Positions 36,187 to 49,742 of a stretch of DNA of 64,000 nucleotides are shown piece after piece. This DNA is from Fimicolochytrium jonesii (lineage: Eukaryota). The notes beneath the pieces are model-generated. The model was given only the letters and a program-made list of their open reading frames with translations, had not been told where the DNA came from and ran no database searches. How positions within the stretch are numbered: position 1 is the stretch's first letter; each line of letters opens with the position of its first letter. Both the position numbers and the translations under genes were made by a program. Location: positions 1,302,001-1,366,000 of the forward strand of contig NW_026515668.1 of NCBI RefSeq assembly GCF_025526975.1. Direction: 5' to 3'.

Positions 36187-38258
36187 TCACCAAGGTCTAA
36201 ATTGCGGGCCGAACGCCTCTCGTTCTGAGACGGAAGCACTCAACGGGCCTAACCGATAATCTGCTGGTGACGCCTCGTCGACAATGGTCGTCAACGACGT
36301 ATTCGTGGTGCGGATGGTCATTGTCGGTGCGGTCCACGCCGGTGACGGGCTGCTTAAGAAAGCCTGTAGCGATGAATTTGGCGGCGAGCCGAGCGGAGAG
36401 TACTGTTCTCCAAGCGAGCGGACGGCAGGCGGCAGAGCAGCTCGGCCCAGCGGCGGCGATCCGCTGGAGGCGGATGTGGAGAGTACAGAGGACGACACGC
36501 CTGAGCTGTACGTGAATGTGGAGAGCGGAATATCGCGGGAACCACCACCGGTGACAACGGAGGACTTTGATGACGCTCGCGCCCGTGTGGGTGCGACGAG
36601 AAGGTCGACCGAGGAATTTGAGAGGGCTCCCGGGGGCGCTTGTGCGATTTCGGCGCTACGCTTTTGATCCTTCCAGTCCGTCACCATGTCTATCCAGTCT
36701 GGCAGTAATCTCCAACCCAGACTGAACGTGATGATGAAGCCCGGTGACGAAAGAATCAGTTCAGCGAGGAGACGACGCCAAAAGGCGGGAAAACGGAATC
36801 CCGTCTGCCGTGCGATGGAACGCCTGCATTCGGCACTGGCACGACCGAGAGTGAGCTGTGGTGACGAGATGAGCCGGTCGTAAACGCAGGTCAGAAGGTC
36901 GTCAAGGATCTTGTTTCCATCGTTGCGTCGCACCATATCGTTGATGTTTTCCAAATCCTTTTGGTACAGCAGAGCGTATGCCAGCACAAGGCCAATGACA
37001 ATGGTGGCAAAAACGACAAGTCGGATTTGCACAAACTGCACTCCCGCGAAGGATGGCTTATCACCTTCGGGAGTAGAAGTTTCCGAAGCGTCAGATATCC
37101 CCCTTCGTCGTCCGCTGGTGACGGGCTTTGGAATCTTGTCGGGAATTGAGCGCTCCCGGCGATGTCTAGTCTCTCCGATTTGTGGTTCCACTTGGGAATA
37201 TTCTTCGTTGGAAACCGGGGGATTGATTAACTCTCTATTACTGTCCATAGAGGGGCGAGGACTTCGTCGGAGGGCGCTGATCGCTTTCGGTAGGACATTT
37301 CTCCAGAGCCAGAAGGTTGTGGCTGTGTGCACACACCAAATGGAACAACCGATGACAAGGTATGGTGTCTGCACGATGTACTTTTCGTATTCCAAGTTCA
37401 CCGAGCAAAGACCCCGGCTGAGATATTGAACGGCTTGCATCTTTATTGCCAGGCCCACCAGGATTGTCGGTAAACCCCAGCTTATCAGATGCAGGATCCA
37501 ATGTCGACGCTTCATGGCTGCTGATGCCCAGACGACCTCCTGATTCGATTCAGAATGTTTTTGTCAGCTTCACAATGTTTTTGATAGACTCTGCAAGAGA
37601 CGACAGGATACCAACCAGATGAAGGTTCAAGATCAAAGCAAAGCACCAGCAGGTCGCAGCGACGGATAACCATACGATGCCTAGCCCCTGCACAGTACAT
37701 CTCGCATTGGAGTAGTCTGCCGAAGATACGCCGTCGGCCGAGCAGAACACGTTTTTCCCTTCATTCCCAAATATGTACGATGCAGACAAGCTCTGCCACA
37801 CGGTCACCAAGCCGCTGATGTACACAACGAAGATTCGTGGATGTTTCCGTTTTCCGGGCAATACGCAGTAGGACACGAAGACCACCAGAGCGCATAGCGT
37901 GGAAACCAGTCGAAGTACAGATATACCCACCGTAAGAGTGGACATGTTCTGGTGTGGGTATAGGTGGTCAGTGACAGGGCACGGAAGGCAGCATTTGCTG
38001 GTGGCGGAGCAGGCGGAGAGGTATGAATTGGTGTAGCCCGGGGGTATGGACAGTAATGGTGCAGGACAGGAAAGAGCAGTAGAGTTGTCAAACCCGGGTG
38101 GTAATGGCGGCGGTGGAACAGGTCCTGATGGAGACGAGGCATGTTAGACCGGACTCGATGTCGGACAACTCGTTTTGGCGCGACTCATCCTTACCCTGTG
38201 CAGTTGCAGAACCAGCTGTCAACAACCCGCCTACTACCAAGCCCCACCACGCACGCAT
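36187..38258 (-). CDS. 7TM GPCR, Frizzled/Smoothened-like or fungal CCLPCP-type receptor
   Basis: Signal peptide MRAWWGLVVGGLL, Cys-rich ectodomain ending CCLPCP, TM helices with LPGKRKHP, CTVQG, WCFALILNLHL, LHLISWGLP, QIRLVVFATIV. Confidence 0.75.
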
Positions 38259-39527
38259 AGGTGAGTACACAGCTGGCCCAGAATGTCAGTTTCGTTTGCG
38301 GTATGTATTCCTTCTGGGCGGGTGGTTTATGTCCCAGGAATGCACTCAGGAGTTGAGACGACTGGCGGCTTTTGTTATGCAAACGTCGTCGGCCGGAGAA
38401 AGACTGGCGAAACACAAAAAGCTCACAGCGTAAAATGGGGTCTCGCTTTGGAGGAGGCAGCGGTAATGCCTCTCTCTATCTATGTATATCTATGCGTGGG
38501 ACTGTGCCCTTGCTCTATTAGCTCGAAGAGTGCCTTCTGTCGGGGACCCTAGCATGCAGCCTTTTTTCCCAGCCCCGTTTTGCCTGTTGGGTGTTGGGTC
38601 GCCTGGGAATGAGCACCAATGGAATGGGCGGCCAGCCATATGTGGATAGTCAAGATGGTGTCACCAACCAGGAACTACCGCGCACGCGTCCACCTCAAAC
38701 AGCCGCGGCTCCTTACCTGTCCACTGGGCGTCGCAGCGCAGCCCCATTGGCCAAATCATATGGGGACATTGGGGAGTTGGAACCAACCGCTCTTTCGGCA
38801 TTTATTTCGAATTTCACCAAGAACGCGAAGTTGTGGACAGAGAATCTATTTCGTGTAACCCATGCGCCAAACTCTATTGCTGCACGCCGATGCCATGTGG
38901 GTGCCCACTGCGGGAATTGCGGGAATTGGCGAACACAAGCCTCGATGAAACAGGCTTTGGCGTACAGTCAGGGAATAAAAGCTATAGACCTCCTCTAATT
39001 CAAATCAATGTCGGTCCCTCACGTGAATTTGGCGTTGCGGCAGTCGCTGATTTATTTCAGGGGGGGTCCAGCTTTTAGTTCCGCTGACTGTACAGTACTG
39101 CCTTTAGTCTGAACAACACTCAGCGTACACCTTTCGAGAAGGACACGCGGCATGAAGTCTCTCATCAGCTTCTGGGAGGGTCATACGAATTGCGAATTGC
39201 GCGCCGCATCAGCAGTTGCGATACTTCTCTGTCCACAGCAGACGGCTCTCTCTGGGGGAACCTGACGAGAAAGGCTCATATGCAGCGACGACATATGTAG
39301 CAAGAGGGACAAACTTTGCTTTCTGAGCGAAGAATTCTTATTGTTTGGTATGCACATTGATTTCGTAAAGGTCATCCACAGAGTCTATATATCTTTCTAC
39401 AGATGGGAGGCTACTCTAAATCTACATCTTCCACGCCCCGTGTGAGGTTGGTGGAATGTGGGGGAATATTATTACAGTGCGAATTTTGGTCGCAATGGAA
39501 AGATACGGGTACGTAGGCATCTTGCGA

Positions 39528-40595
39528 TTACCAGTTGCACTTGAGGCTGTTGCACTCGGGACCCTTGGCGTTGGCCTTGTCCATGATGGACTTGCAGCGA
39601 GCGGACATACCCTCCTTGCTCACGCACGCGTTGAAGTCAGCCCACAGCTGCTGCTGCTGGGCCCAGCACTTGGGCTGCACATCCTGGCACCTGGGGGTGC
39701 CTCCGGGAGCCGGAGCCGGAGCAGCCGTTGGCTTGGGGACGGGAACGGGAGTGGGCTTGGTTGGAGGCACAGGGACCGCGGTGGGCTGGGTTGGGGGTTT
39801 GGCAGTGGGCTTGGGAGGGGGCACGGGGACAGCGGTGGGCTTGGTGGGAGGGGCGGGTGCAGAGCCGGACGCCTTGGCGATAGCGGGGCCAAAGGTGGGG
39901 TAGGAGTTGAATGGAGCGTAGACGTTGAAAAGGACTCCTGGGCTTTGGTAGGTGATAGCGCCCGGGAAGTCCACCTTGGGGGAGAAGTTGGCGTTTCCAG
40001 AGCCAGTGACGGTCAGCTCGGCGCAGTAGACGTACAGCTGGAGGCCGCGAGCGGGGTTCTGGGTAAAGAGGGTATCGGCCTCGTGGAGGGCGCCGATTTC
40101 GGCACGAAGGAGGTACTTGCCGCTGGGGAGGTTGGAGGGGAGAGTAACATCGAGAAGACCCTTGGTTTCGATGAGCCTCGATGTGCACCATTTGCCGTTG
40201 GGGTAGCCTTCCTCCTGGATCTTGAACCAGTCGGCGCCAGTAGGAACGCCGCCGTTCGCTGGCTGGGCTGCAAGGTAGATGTTGCAGGCACCCCAGTGGG
40301 AAGCAGCGATGATGTCGTCACCGGGGCGGTCGTGGCCGAAAATGAGACCAAGCTTGGAGCCGGCAGTGATCGGGCATCGCTGGGCGGCAGGCTGGGTGGG
40401 AGCGAAACCGCAGATCATGTTCTCGGATGTGAGATCCTTGATGGGGTAGTTCCTCTGACCGGTTGTCCACTGCGATGTGTGCCGCACGCAATCGCCATTT
40501 GCTCCTCCAGGCAACACAATGTGGTCGAGGTAGGTGTGGGCGAAGACTGACTGGGCGGCAGCCAGGAGCGATGCGGCGATAATTGCGACCTTCAT
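39528..40595 (-). CDS. AA9 lytic polysaccharide monooxygenase with P/T/K linker and C-terminal Cys-rich module
   Basis: Signal peptide followed by His1 (FA|HTY), DDIIAASHWG, WFKIQE, YLLRAEIGALH, QLYVYCA, FPGA. Confidence 0.92.
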   Translation of the reverse strand: MKVAIIAASLLAAAQSVFAHTYLDHIVLPGGANGDCVRHTSQWTTGQRNYPIKDLTSENMICGFAPTQPAAQRCPITAGSKLGLIFGHDRPGDDIIAASHWGACNIYLAAQPANGGVPTGADWFKIQEEGYPNGKWCTSRLIETKGLLDVTLPSNLPSGKYLLRAEIGALHEADTLFTQNPARGLQLYVYCAELTVTGSGNANFSPKVDFPGAITYQSPGVLFNVYAPFNSYPTFGPAIAKASGSAPAPPTKPTAVPVPPPKPTAKPPTQPTAVPVPPTKPTPVPVPKPTAAPAPAPGGTPRCQDVQPKCWAQQQQLWADFNACVSKEGMSARCKSIMDKANAKGPECNSLKCNW

Positions 40596-42594
40596 GGTGA
40601 TGATATTTCGTTGACGAGAAGGGAAGGGAAGGATTGTGTGGTGTAGAGAACAAGAGAGGGAACTGGCATCCCTTCCCAGCTTTTATAGGGTTCCAGGATG
40701 GCGCCGGAGAAAACGTTTCCGGTCAAGACGTCGATGCACGTAGGAAGAAGTCCCGACGCGTTCAGCGAAAACAATCATTTTGGGGTCCGTAGGCATGAAT
40801 CTGAGGTTTGCGCTATTTGTGCTGTTGGTTTCTGACGGCCAGTTTGCTGGCTACTTTGCACGGTCGAAGGTATCCCGCCCGGAACCTTCGTACGAGGAAC
40901 AAGCCCTCGTGGCTGCGGTGACGGCCCTACGGGTGCGTGCGAAAATCGAGTCTTGGCCGAGGATACATTGACGGTCAAACTTTTCGTTGCGATGGAAGCG
41001 GGGGACCAACCGGTGGCAACAACAGGCGCAGGCATCTCCATTGGTGCGCTGTTCGTGAGTTTTCAAAAGTTTTGATGGACTGTCGTTTCAGAAATGAAAT
41101 CTGCAAAACAATCTGTAAAAAAAAGGAGAATAAAAAGCATTCAAACGCGTCGAAAACGCGGTGCCAAACGCCGGGTACATCGTCCATACCGCCGGTTTGA
41201 ATAAATTTCGCTATCTGTCTGTCAATACGCGGGAGCACCGAGCGAAGGAAGGACGAATAGAAGTGGACATGTGCGGTAAACCTTGATCGCTTGCTAGATA
41301 CAGTACGTCCTCCGCTCCCTCGTGGTAGGTGCGACCGGACGTTTCGCCAACGTATCCCTGAGGCGATGAGGGCAGATGGCCATTTGATTGTAAATCTGGA
41401 GGAGGAAGCGGCCGTACGGAGCCGGTGACAGTGTTCACTGTTCCGAAGTGCTGCACCATTGGTAGTACTACGGCCATCAAAAGTTCATCACACCAGTGGG
41501 CCACCAGCTATGATTGGAAGTCCATGTGAACGCAGAGAGACCAAGACACATTGCAATGAGCAGCGCCGGCTGAACATACCCCCCAGTAGAAGTACGAGGA
41601 ACGGGATTCACGATTCACGGGCTTCCGGACTCAGTATTGCTGATACTATGCGTATTACCTGACGGATTATTTCTTTCGGTTCAGTTCACTGGCGCGGGAC
41701 CAACATGGAGTTTTTCTTCTTTTCTTCGGGTATCATCCAGATTCCACGCAAACGAGGCACCTAGCAAACGCGTCAAAAGTATCAAGCCTGTCTGTATCAA
41801 GCCAAACCAACGGCAGCACGAACGTTCTGCCACACACGTTGGATGACCTTAAGGTTATTTAACCGAACTGGGCGGTCCATCTTGTTGGCTACCCTGCGGG
41901 ATGAGCGGGCGAGACGAGGATCGCCACGATTTAAATATGGTTCGTCTTGCTTTTCCAAAGCATTGAATTGGGCGACAGCAATGGGATTGCGGTCTTCATA
42001 TAGAGAGGATTAGGCAGTGCATTCACTCTTTCCCCTCGAAAACAGCGGCATCAAACATCGGGGATCGAGAAGTCCGGAGTACAGAGTGGAGAATAGGACG
42101 TCGCCGGGCGGTCGAAAGCCCGAGACATATCTAGAACTCCGTGTTCCTCCATACCCACAAGAGGGTGTGCACGGTGTGAGAGTCGGTCGACATTATGCAC
42201 CTCATATACTATGCACGGGTATTTTGGCATCGGCATTATGCGCGTGGTATCGAGATCCATGGGTCTAATTTTGGAAAATGAGGGCCGAGTTTTGGCCTCA
42301 AATAACGCGCGGTGTGGATGGGACGCCACTGCTGATTGATTTGAACGGGGATCCGGCGCGCATTCGGAGCTTGTGGGAAAAGCCACTCTTGAACAAAAGC
42401 CATATACCAATACCGATCTTGCGTACGTTCAGATTCAGCACGCAACGGCAGCACGGACCTGAACAACCGAACGAAGTCCTACTGTAAAGGCAGTCTAAAC
42501 TCCCAGTTTCATTATCAGCTGACGACTTGCTACACCAGTTTTCGAGCATTTTCCCACGCATTCACGCTGCACATTACCCAACGACCAACTAAAA

Positions 42595-43714
42595 ATGGAG
42601 GAACAGCACACGGGGTTATCGGAATACGCTAGAGTGTTGCGGTCCCTATCAGTCAGCTCCAATGCATCGTACCAGCATCTTTCTCAAATAAGTGCCGAAA
42701 CCTCCGAGCCAGGTGTTGGAAGCCCAACACGGCAAGACAATGACTCCGGCTTCCAGTCCCTCTCTCCGAGTCAGAAGAGTCCAGGGAGGTTCGAGAATGG
42801 AATCTTACTGCGGCGGCCGTCTGACGCGCAATCGGTTGGCGATGATAGTGGTGAGTTGAGGGCTGTCGTAGAGGGCTGTCGTAGAGGGCTATCGTAGAGG
42901 GCACATATTGAATTATTATTGACGCAATGTGCTGTTGGCAGGTTTAGGATCGCCGCTCGAGCGCCGTCCATCGTTCGCAGTATCACGACGGCCGTCTGCA
43001 GTCTCGTCAATTTTGCCGACCTGGGAGCGGTCATCGCGCCCAGCATCTATTGCCTCTCGCCGACCATCTACGCTTTCCCTTACCATGGACGATATGCTCA
43101 AAGAGCTGGAAACGTTGAGTTCCAATGTTGCACCGGACTTGGCAATGAACGGCAACATAGCCCCCGCAAAAGTCGTGTCCCCAGACATGGATCCATCCGC
43201 GCAGCATCTTCCCGCCCTATCAATAAATCGCCAACCTTCGGCATCCGATACCCTACCTTCCCAGTCTCCTCCATCTCTCGTATCAGCGCCGATGTCATCC
43301 GGTGCACCGCTCTCCTCGTCGTCCTCGCTGAATAAAATCCCGACAGGCCGCACTTCCTACGTATCTCTGCAAACACCAAGCATGTTCTCCGTCTCATGGA
43401 AGCGAAGATATTTAGTCCTGGAACGATCGTCACTCTACCTGTTCCGCAGCGAGACGGCCACGCAAAAGGAGCTCAAAGACATGATGAAACTTACGAGCAA
43501 GTCATCCGTGCGAGTTTCAGAGCACGGGCTGTGGGTGTTGGAGATCTTCGGGAGTGCATCTATGCTATCGGACGCGATGGCTTCACCACAGTCTCCGGGG
43601 ACCGCGAAGACGATCAAATGCTGGGTTGTCAAATGCGAAGACAAGGACGATATGCTGGGGTGGCTCGGCGCTATTCGCGCGATTATCGCAGAATGCCCTA
43701 CGAAGGTTCTCTGA
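42595..43714 (+). CDS. PH-domain protein (2 exons)
   Basis: Intron 42851-42940 containing a 13-bp x3 repeat. C-terminal SWKRRYLVLERSSLYLF...CEDKDDMLGWLGAIR. Confidence 0.8.
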
Positions 43715-44379
43715 GAACTCCATTATGATGTACATACATACTTTTGGCACACGGTAGCAAGCATCCCGGCAGGCTTCTAACTCTTCGCCTTCACTTCAAC
43801 AACCCTATTAATGGAAGTTTCGACATGAAGGGATTGGGCAGCCGTTTCACCATGGATTTCTGGAGATGCAAATTCTGGAAGGACAACCCTTGCTTCTGGG
43901 GAAGCACTTCGGATTTCTGCGCTCAGCTTTACTTTAGCAATCGCATGAAGGGCGACGTCACACTATTTAGGAACCTCTCGCACTCCAGACATATATTTCC
44001 CCCTTGTCGCTCTGCTTCTCTTTGGTTGTGAACAGACCACCATACAGTAGCTAGATTATATGAAGCTACTATGATGCTACAGGTTGCGTTCAAGCGCATG
44101 GTAGAACTGTAGCTTTTTTCCCACTAGAGTTCCTATGTGAGGAAAGGCTGTTTTTCTGGAGACACGCTGTACAGCTGTCAGGATTCTGTCACTTCTGCCA
44201 AACCTCAATCACACATCACCGGACTCTCAAAGGGAACCTGCTCAACCCGGCTCAAACCTCGTCGATTCTTCTCCTACCTACTGAAGCACTGAACGCACTT
44301 GTCCGAAAGTAAACTGAAAGGCTGAGAGTTAGAGAGTGAGGAAGAGCGAGACGAGACAAAAGGACGGTGAAACGGGAAT

Positions 44380-47072
44380 ATGACCTCCTCATACGAGTCC
44401 GACGAGCATCCTTGGGATCGGAAGAGTACTCGGGACTCGCTAAATTCACTCAAAGCCCAATTTTCCCAAGCCCCAGACCTGGGATCTTCCATAATGGCCG
44501 CTGCCGTTAACAAGAGCTCAATTGTCTCAAATCCTTGGGACGCTCAGACTGAAGGTGAAGAAGCGCTTGACGGTATGTGAATCGGTGCTCAGTCCGTCGG
44601 GTTGCTCCCTCAGCATGCGTCTTATTCGCTGCTTTACAGAAGGATTAGGACCGAGGAGCCACATTGGGTCGTCTGGGAACGATGATCTACCTCCAAGCCG
44701 CGCCGCCTTGCCACCCAGCCTCTTCAACCAGCGTTCTCTCTTGGACAACACCCGGCCGCTGATATCCACCAGCGACAGCTCCATTTCCATCACGCAGCAG
44801 TTGAGCGCATCGTCGCTGGATTATGTCTCACCCTCGGATATACAGAGGTCCGCAGAGCCCGAGCCGGATCCGTGGTCTGCGACGATACCCAAATTGGACG
44901 AGGCTTTGAATGGACATCATTATGGCGTAGAACGGTCGCCCATTCGGACAACGGAGGAGCCAGTCGATGGGCCTGCCCATGCGGAGTATCACGGAGGACC
45001 ACATGGAGAGAGACAGCAGGGTACCGGTGAACGGGTTTCCCCACGGCGGCTGAGGGTGTCTTCGCTGGAGCGGGAAACCAGTGGGGAAACACTGTCGCCT
45101 AGGAACATCACTCGACCAGATGTCGAGCGCATCAAGGTGCGTCCAGTGGCGAAGTGTCTTGAAGGAGCACTGCTGCCTGACGTCTAATCCACCATACTGC
45201 AGATTTCGATCGCACCGGAGAAAGGAGGCTTTTTACTGAAGCATGTCAATTACATCTTACATGCACAAGTACTGAGAGGCCGTTTCTGCCCGTCTTACTC
45301 TTCACAACGTTGACTCACGCCCTGCTATATAGAATCGGCGAACAAGTGTACTTCGAAGATACTCCGATTTCCTATGGCTACTGGATATCCTTGTACGGAG
45401 ATACCCCTTTCGAGCAAGTAAGTGAATGCCCCATATCTGCTGTTTCGTGCGCAAAGCCTAACAGACTCGAAGTCCCAAGTGTAGGTTCCGCGAGAATCAA
45501 CGCCGCTTGAATATTGTATATTGATTGACAATGTCGCTTTTCGTATCACAATAGCTGCCACCAAAGAAGGTTGGAGGTAATAACGCGGCATCACGGTATA
45601 TGACCAGCGGGAGGGTTACGTTGCCCACATCTGAACGCATCTTACGTTTATCCAGCAGATCAGACTTTCCTAGAACGCAGGCGCCGCGCGTTATCTCGCT
45701 TCATAAATCTGGTTGCCAACCACCCGGTTTTTTCGGAGGATGAAGCAGTCACTGCCTTCCTGAGAGTCGAAATGGTGCGTCCGCTGAGTGACGGGTCTTG
45801 CGCAAACGCGTAAACTGCAAAGGAGGGGCATTGTTGGTAACGGTCTGGATTGCAGGATATTCACTCATATCGGAAGAAAGCGCCAGTGACAACAGAGGAG
45901 GAGACTTCGACCGGCGAAATTACGTCGGAAGAAAGGTCAAAGATACCCGCCGATCTGGCAGAGAGGATGATACAGTTCAAGGCGAATCTCGACTTCTTCA
46001 TCTGCCAATATAGAGACTTGGGCACTTTGACGGAGCGCATTGCTCGGCGCGAAGACGGTATTGTTTGGGCCCTTTCACGAAATTCACGAGTTCACTCCGT
46101 TGCTCACAATGGCATCTCGCGCAATGCTTTCAGATTCGGCGGTCGATATGATCCGCTGCAGCTTGATTCTCCAGTAAGTCGAGCGTTGGAGATCATAGCG
46201 CGTACTCTTGGCTAACTCTGACAATGTTGGTCCTCCAAGTAAACTCAATGAGAAATCAGATTGTACAGAAAAGTCCTGTTCCAATTGCAGGCGGTTGGGA
46301 TTCGGATACGATCATATCTCAAACGAGTTCCAGCGTGCTGGCCGCGTTATGGAAGACGAGGTGGGCTCGTCAGCTATCACAACACTGCGCCGTCAGGAGG
46401 AGATTGACTAACGTCTCCTCAGAGTCAATCGGTGTTAGATGGGCTTCTGGAGAATATCAAGACACATAGAGACCTGCTCATCGCATGCCAGGTTAGTACT
46501 CCTAGCACCTTCTAGGGACGGACCATACGTGAAAAGGGCCTCCGCTGAACATGCTTCGATCCCACTCAGGAATTGTTCTACCGCCAAGAACGAGCTTTAG
46601 CAATGCTAAATCCAGACGCATTGAAGAAGCGATTGGGGATGAACGAGGAAAAGCTGCGGAATACGGAAGGGAAGCCGAAAGAGGTTGAGAAGTTGCAAGC
46701 GACGATTGAAGCGGTATGCTGCACGAATGCATCCACTCCGCAGAATGGACCTGGGAAAGTGACGAATGAACATGGTGAACACAGGATCGCAAGGAGCTTG
46801 AACAGCAGGGAAAGCGCATGGATACGATTCGATACTGCACATGGCGGGAGATGTTGTATTACCATCAGCAGAAAGCGAATCTATCCCTCATGTTCCAGGA
46901 GTTCGTCAGCGAAAAGATTAGGCTGGCGTCTCACTATACCGAGGTATGTATGGGTCACTTTGGCTGGAACCAAGATATCTTGCCGTGAAAGTCAACCTTC
47001 CTCTTCTCTTAGATCTGGAAGACGTTGGCCGCGTCTGTTTTCGAGTTGCCTACAGCAGAATACAATCAATGA
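44380..47072 (+). CDS. MVP1: Sorting nexin Mvp1/SNX8 (PX-BAR), multi-exon
   Basis: APEKGGFLLKHVNYIL, VLRRYSDFLWLLDILVRRYPFR, LPPKK, FLERRRRALSRFINLVANHPV; helical BAR exons. Confidence 0.85.
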
Positions 47073-47519
47073 TTTCCAAGTCTTCTTTCCATGAAACCCT
47101 CATGTTCCGTCCGCAGCTTTGAGCGCGGATATCTTCAATTCCCTGGTATTCGGTAATTTTTGGATCATTGTATCCTAGCTAGCCAAGTGTAGGTATAACT
47201 CCTCTTCCCTCCGTTTCGATGTTCCATGCTCCCGTGCTGAGCTTTGCGGTACATACTTCTTCAAACCTCATCCCTGTCGCTCTATCTGTACATGTATGTA
47301 CTCGACTTGGGAGCACCAATAATGCACAATGTTTGTGGCTTACTATAGCGCTGCGTTTTCGAGAACGAGCCCCATCGAGACTCTGCTTTGATCGATGACG
47401 GCAATACTGCACACACACACCACCTCGCATATATATACACTATATACCCGCTCGATTTGGGCTAACCCTACCCCTACTCCTAAAAACATGTGCGACTGGT
47501 GTCGTTCTAGCGTTGTCGC

Positions 47520-49130
47520 TCAAGCATTTCCCAAACTTAAGCCCTCACACACGAGAGCCCTTTTCGGCTGACAGATCTTCACCAACTCCCTCAAAACACC
47601 CTCGCCATCCTTGCTAGGCGATCCTTTCCCTGTGATGACGTGTACCCTCTTCAAGACGGGCAACGTGAGGAAGACAAAATCCGTCATGACCCAGCGCGCT
47701 TCTCTCCACATGCAAGCCCTGCAAGTCGACGTGGACCGCTCCGCGTCCATCGCTGCGCCCATCTTGCCGGCGGCGTTTGTACTGTATGCTCGTCAGATGC
47801 TCGTAGATGTCTGCGGCCGCATTGTCGCGCGCCTTCTCCAGCGCATCCGAGACGACATGGGCACGGGCGAACGTGGCCTTCCAATCCGGATGGTCGGATT
47901 GTAGGAGGAGGGGAGCTGTTGCTGGAGCTGGCGGTGTTCCTCATTGAGCTTGCGGACGGGTTCGCGCGCCGCGTCGTATAGATGCGCTGCTTGTGGTCGT
48001 GCGACATACTTTTGGCGGCGGTGGTGCTCACCACGCCCACCATACTGAAGAGGATGGCGGTGACTTGTGCCAGGACAGATTCGTGCGCTGTCAAGAGGCT
48101 TGTGAGAAGACGACGACGGTCATCGCCGTCGGACTCGCTTAGGTGATGCGGAAGGTCCTTCAAAGCTGGTACGAGGTTGCGCTGGATCCTCACATTGGCC
48201 AAGGTAGTGACAAGCGAGTCGGGCAGGGCGGCGCGGCAGAGGACGTACGCAAATGGAAACTTCGACCGCTGTGTACTGTACATGTAGTGGTGTCCGATGC
48301 AAAGCTTGTCTTACACGCCTTGTGGAAGCAAGCGAGACACGGGCCACAACTGGCGTGCTTGCATGGCTAAATCGAGTAAATCGTTGCCAAGGTGAGCGTG
48401 GTGAACTCCACGCAGTAAGACAGATGGTGCAACCGTCATCCGCGAACACGGCGTCCTTTGCGACCCCCAGGGAGACGAGCTTTTCCGCCGGAGTGACCAT
48501 CAAATCGTTGTTCGTGGCCGGTTGCTTCTTCTTTCTCTTGCCGTTCTTCCTGCGCTGCGGCGCCGCTTGCATGGGGAGGGCGTACGACAGGCGAGCCTTC
48601 ACAAGCTTTGCTTGAGCTTTCATGTTCCGCAAATCATCTACAACATCCGGGAGAATCTCCTCAATGGGGAAGATGCCAGTGGCAAGCAGGTGTTCCAGGT
48701 CCTCCAGGGCAAAGTCAATGTCGGTTTCGGGCATACGCTTCTCACCGAGTGCGTGGCAGCACTTGATGCGCAAGCGGAGTATCGTTAACGTACAAAGGTA
48801 TGCTGCGCAGCAGGTCGTCGGCAGCTCTCGTGAGACAGCGTTTGGCAGGAAGGTATTCGTGACGGTCCATGAGATCGCGTGCTTGCCGCTTAAGCTCGTT
48901 GTACTCCAGTGGGTGGGAAGTCGGGGATGCCTCGAACGGCGCACAACATGCTAACCCGCTTCACGGCCATAGCGTTGACAAACCCGGTCGAGTCATCCGC
49001 TGTAAGTGTGGACGATGAGATGGACAAGCCTCCAATGGTGGCCATGACGGATGCGCTGGAGGCTTGTGACCATGTTGCCGTTGAGGGCACATTGCAATAT
49101 AAACATCGTTTCTGATTCAGGTCACGCTGC
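47520..49130 (-). pseudogene. Degraded RING-finger plus Smr-domain gene
   Basis: DDGCTICL (RING start) with later Cys/His in shifted frames. Smr-like VDLQGLHVE and VHVITGKGSPSKDGEGVL lie in different frames. Confidence 0.6.
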
Positions 49131-49289
49131 AAACGACGTCCTTACGTGAGTCGTTTCCATTTATGTATGTAGAGGCACGGTTATTGTAGCTTTCTATGGC
49201 CTACTAGTATGAATCCTGATGAAAGATCTTTGAAGCTCGGGGGCATGGCAGCACTCTCGTTGTGAATGGGTTGGAGACGTTACAAGCCA

Positions 49290-49742
49290 TATACTCCGTC
49301 TCACTCACAGTTGAGGGACCGAGATCGCGTAGCTATAAGGTAGCTTTTGGCATCTCGGTCCGACAAAATGTGAGATGATACGGCGTATAAGACGAAAGAG
49401 AGCGTCCGAGACCAACGAATGGAGGCCTGAATAGCGGGAGTGCGGACGCGACAGTAGAATGGCCCATATGCCTATACTCCGTCTCACTCACAGTTGAGGA
49501 ACCGAGATGCGTGGCCACAGGGTACCGTTGATGGAAACTCGGTTCGTCAAAATGTGAGATGATACGGCGTATATGGTCGAGGACCGACGAATTGAGGTTA
49601 AGGACGCGATCGCGAACGGTTGGATGGCCCTTACGAGCCTATACTCCGTCTCACTCACAGGTGAGGAACCGAGATCGCGTAGCTGGAAGGTAGCCACTGA
49701 TGGAATCTCGGTCCGTCAAAATGTGAGATGATACGGCGTATA
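49290..49742 (-). ncRNA. Cluster of three ~100-nt conserved hairpins (49290-49389, 49473-49573, 49640-49742); candidate small-RNA precursors
   Basis: Arms tatactccgtctcactcaca and tgtgagatgatacggcgtata are identical in all 3 copies, with inner stem accgag/ctcggt and variable loops and spacers. Minus-strand TATA box (cctataaatac) near 49943-49954. Confidence 0.45.

Noticed and set aside
39456..40550. 364-aa Gly-rich plus-strand ORF
   Set aside because: Antisense shadow of the AA9 gene.
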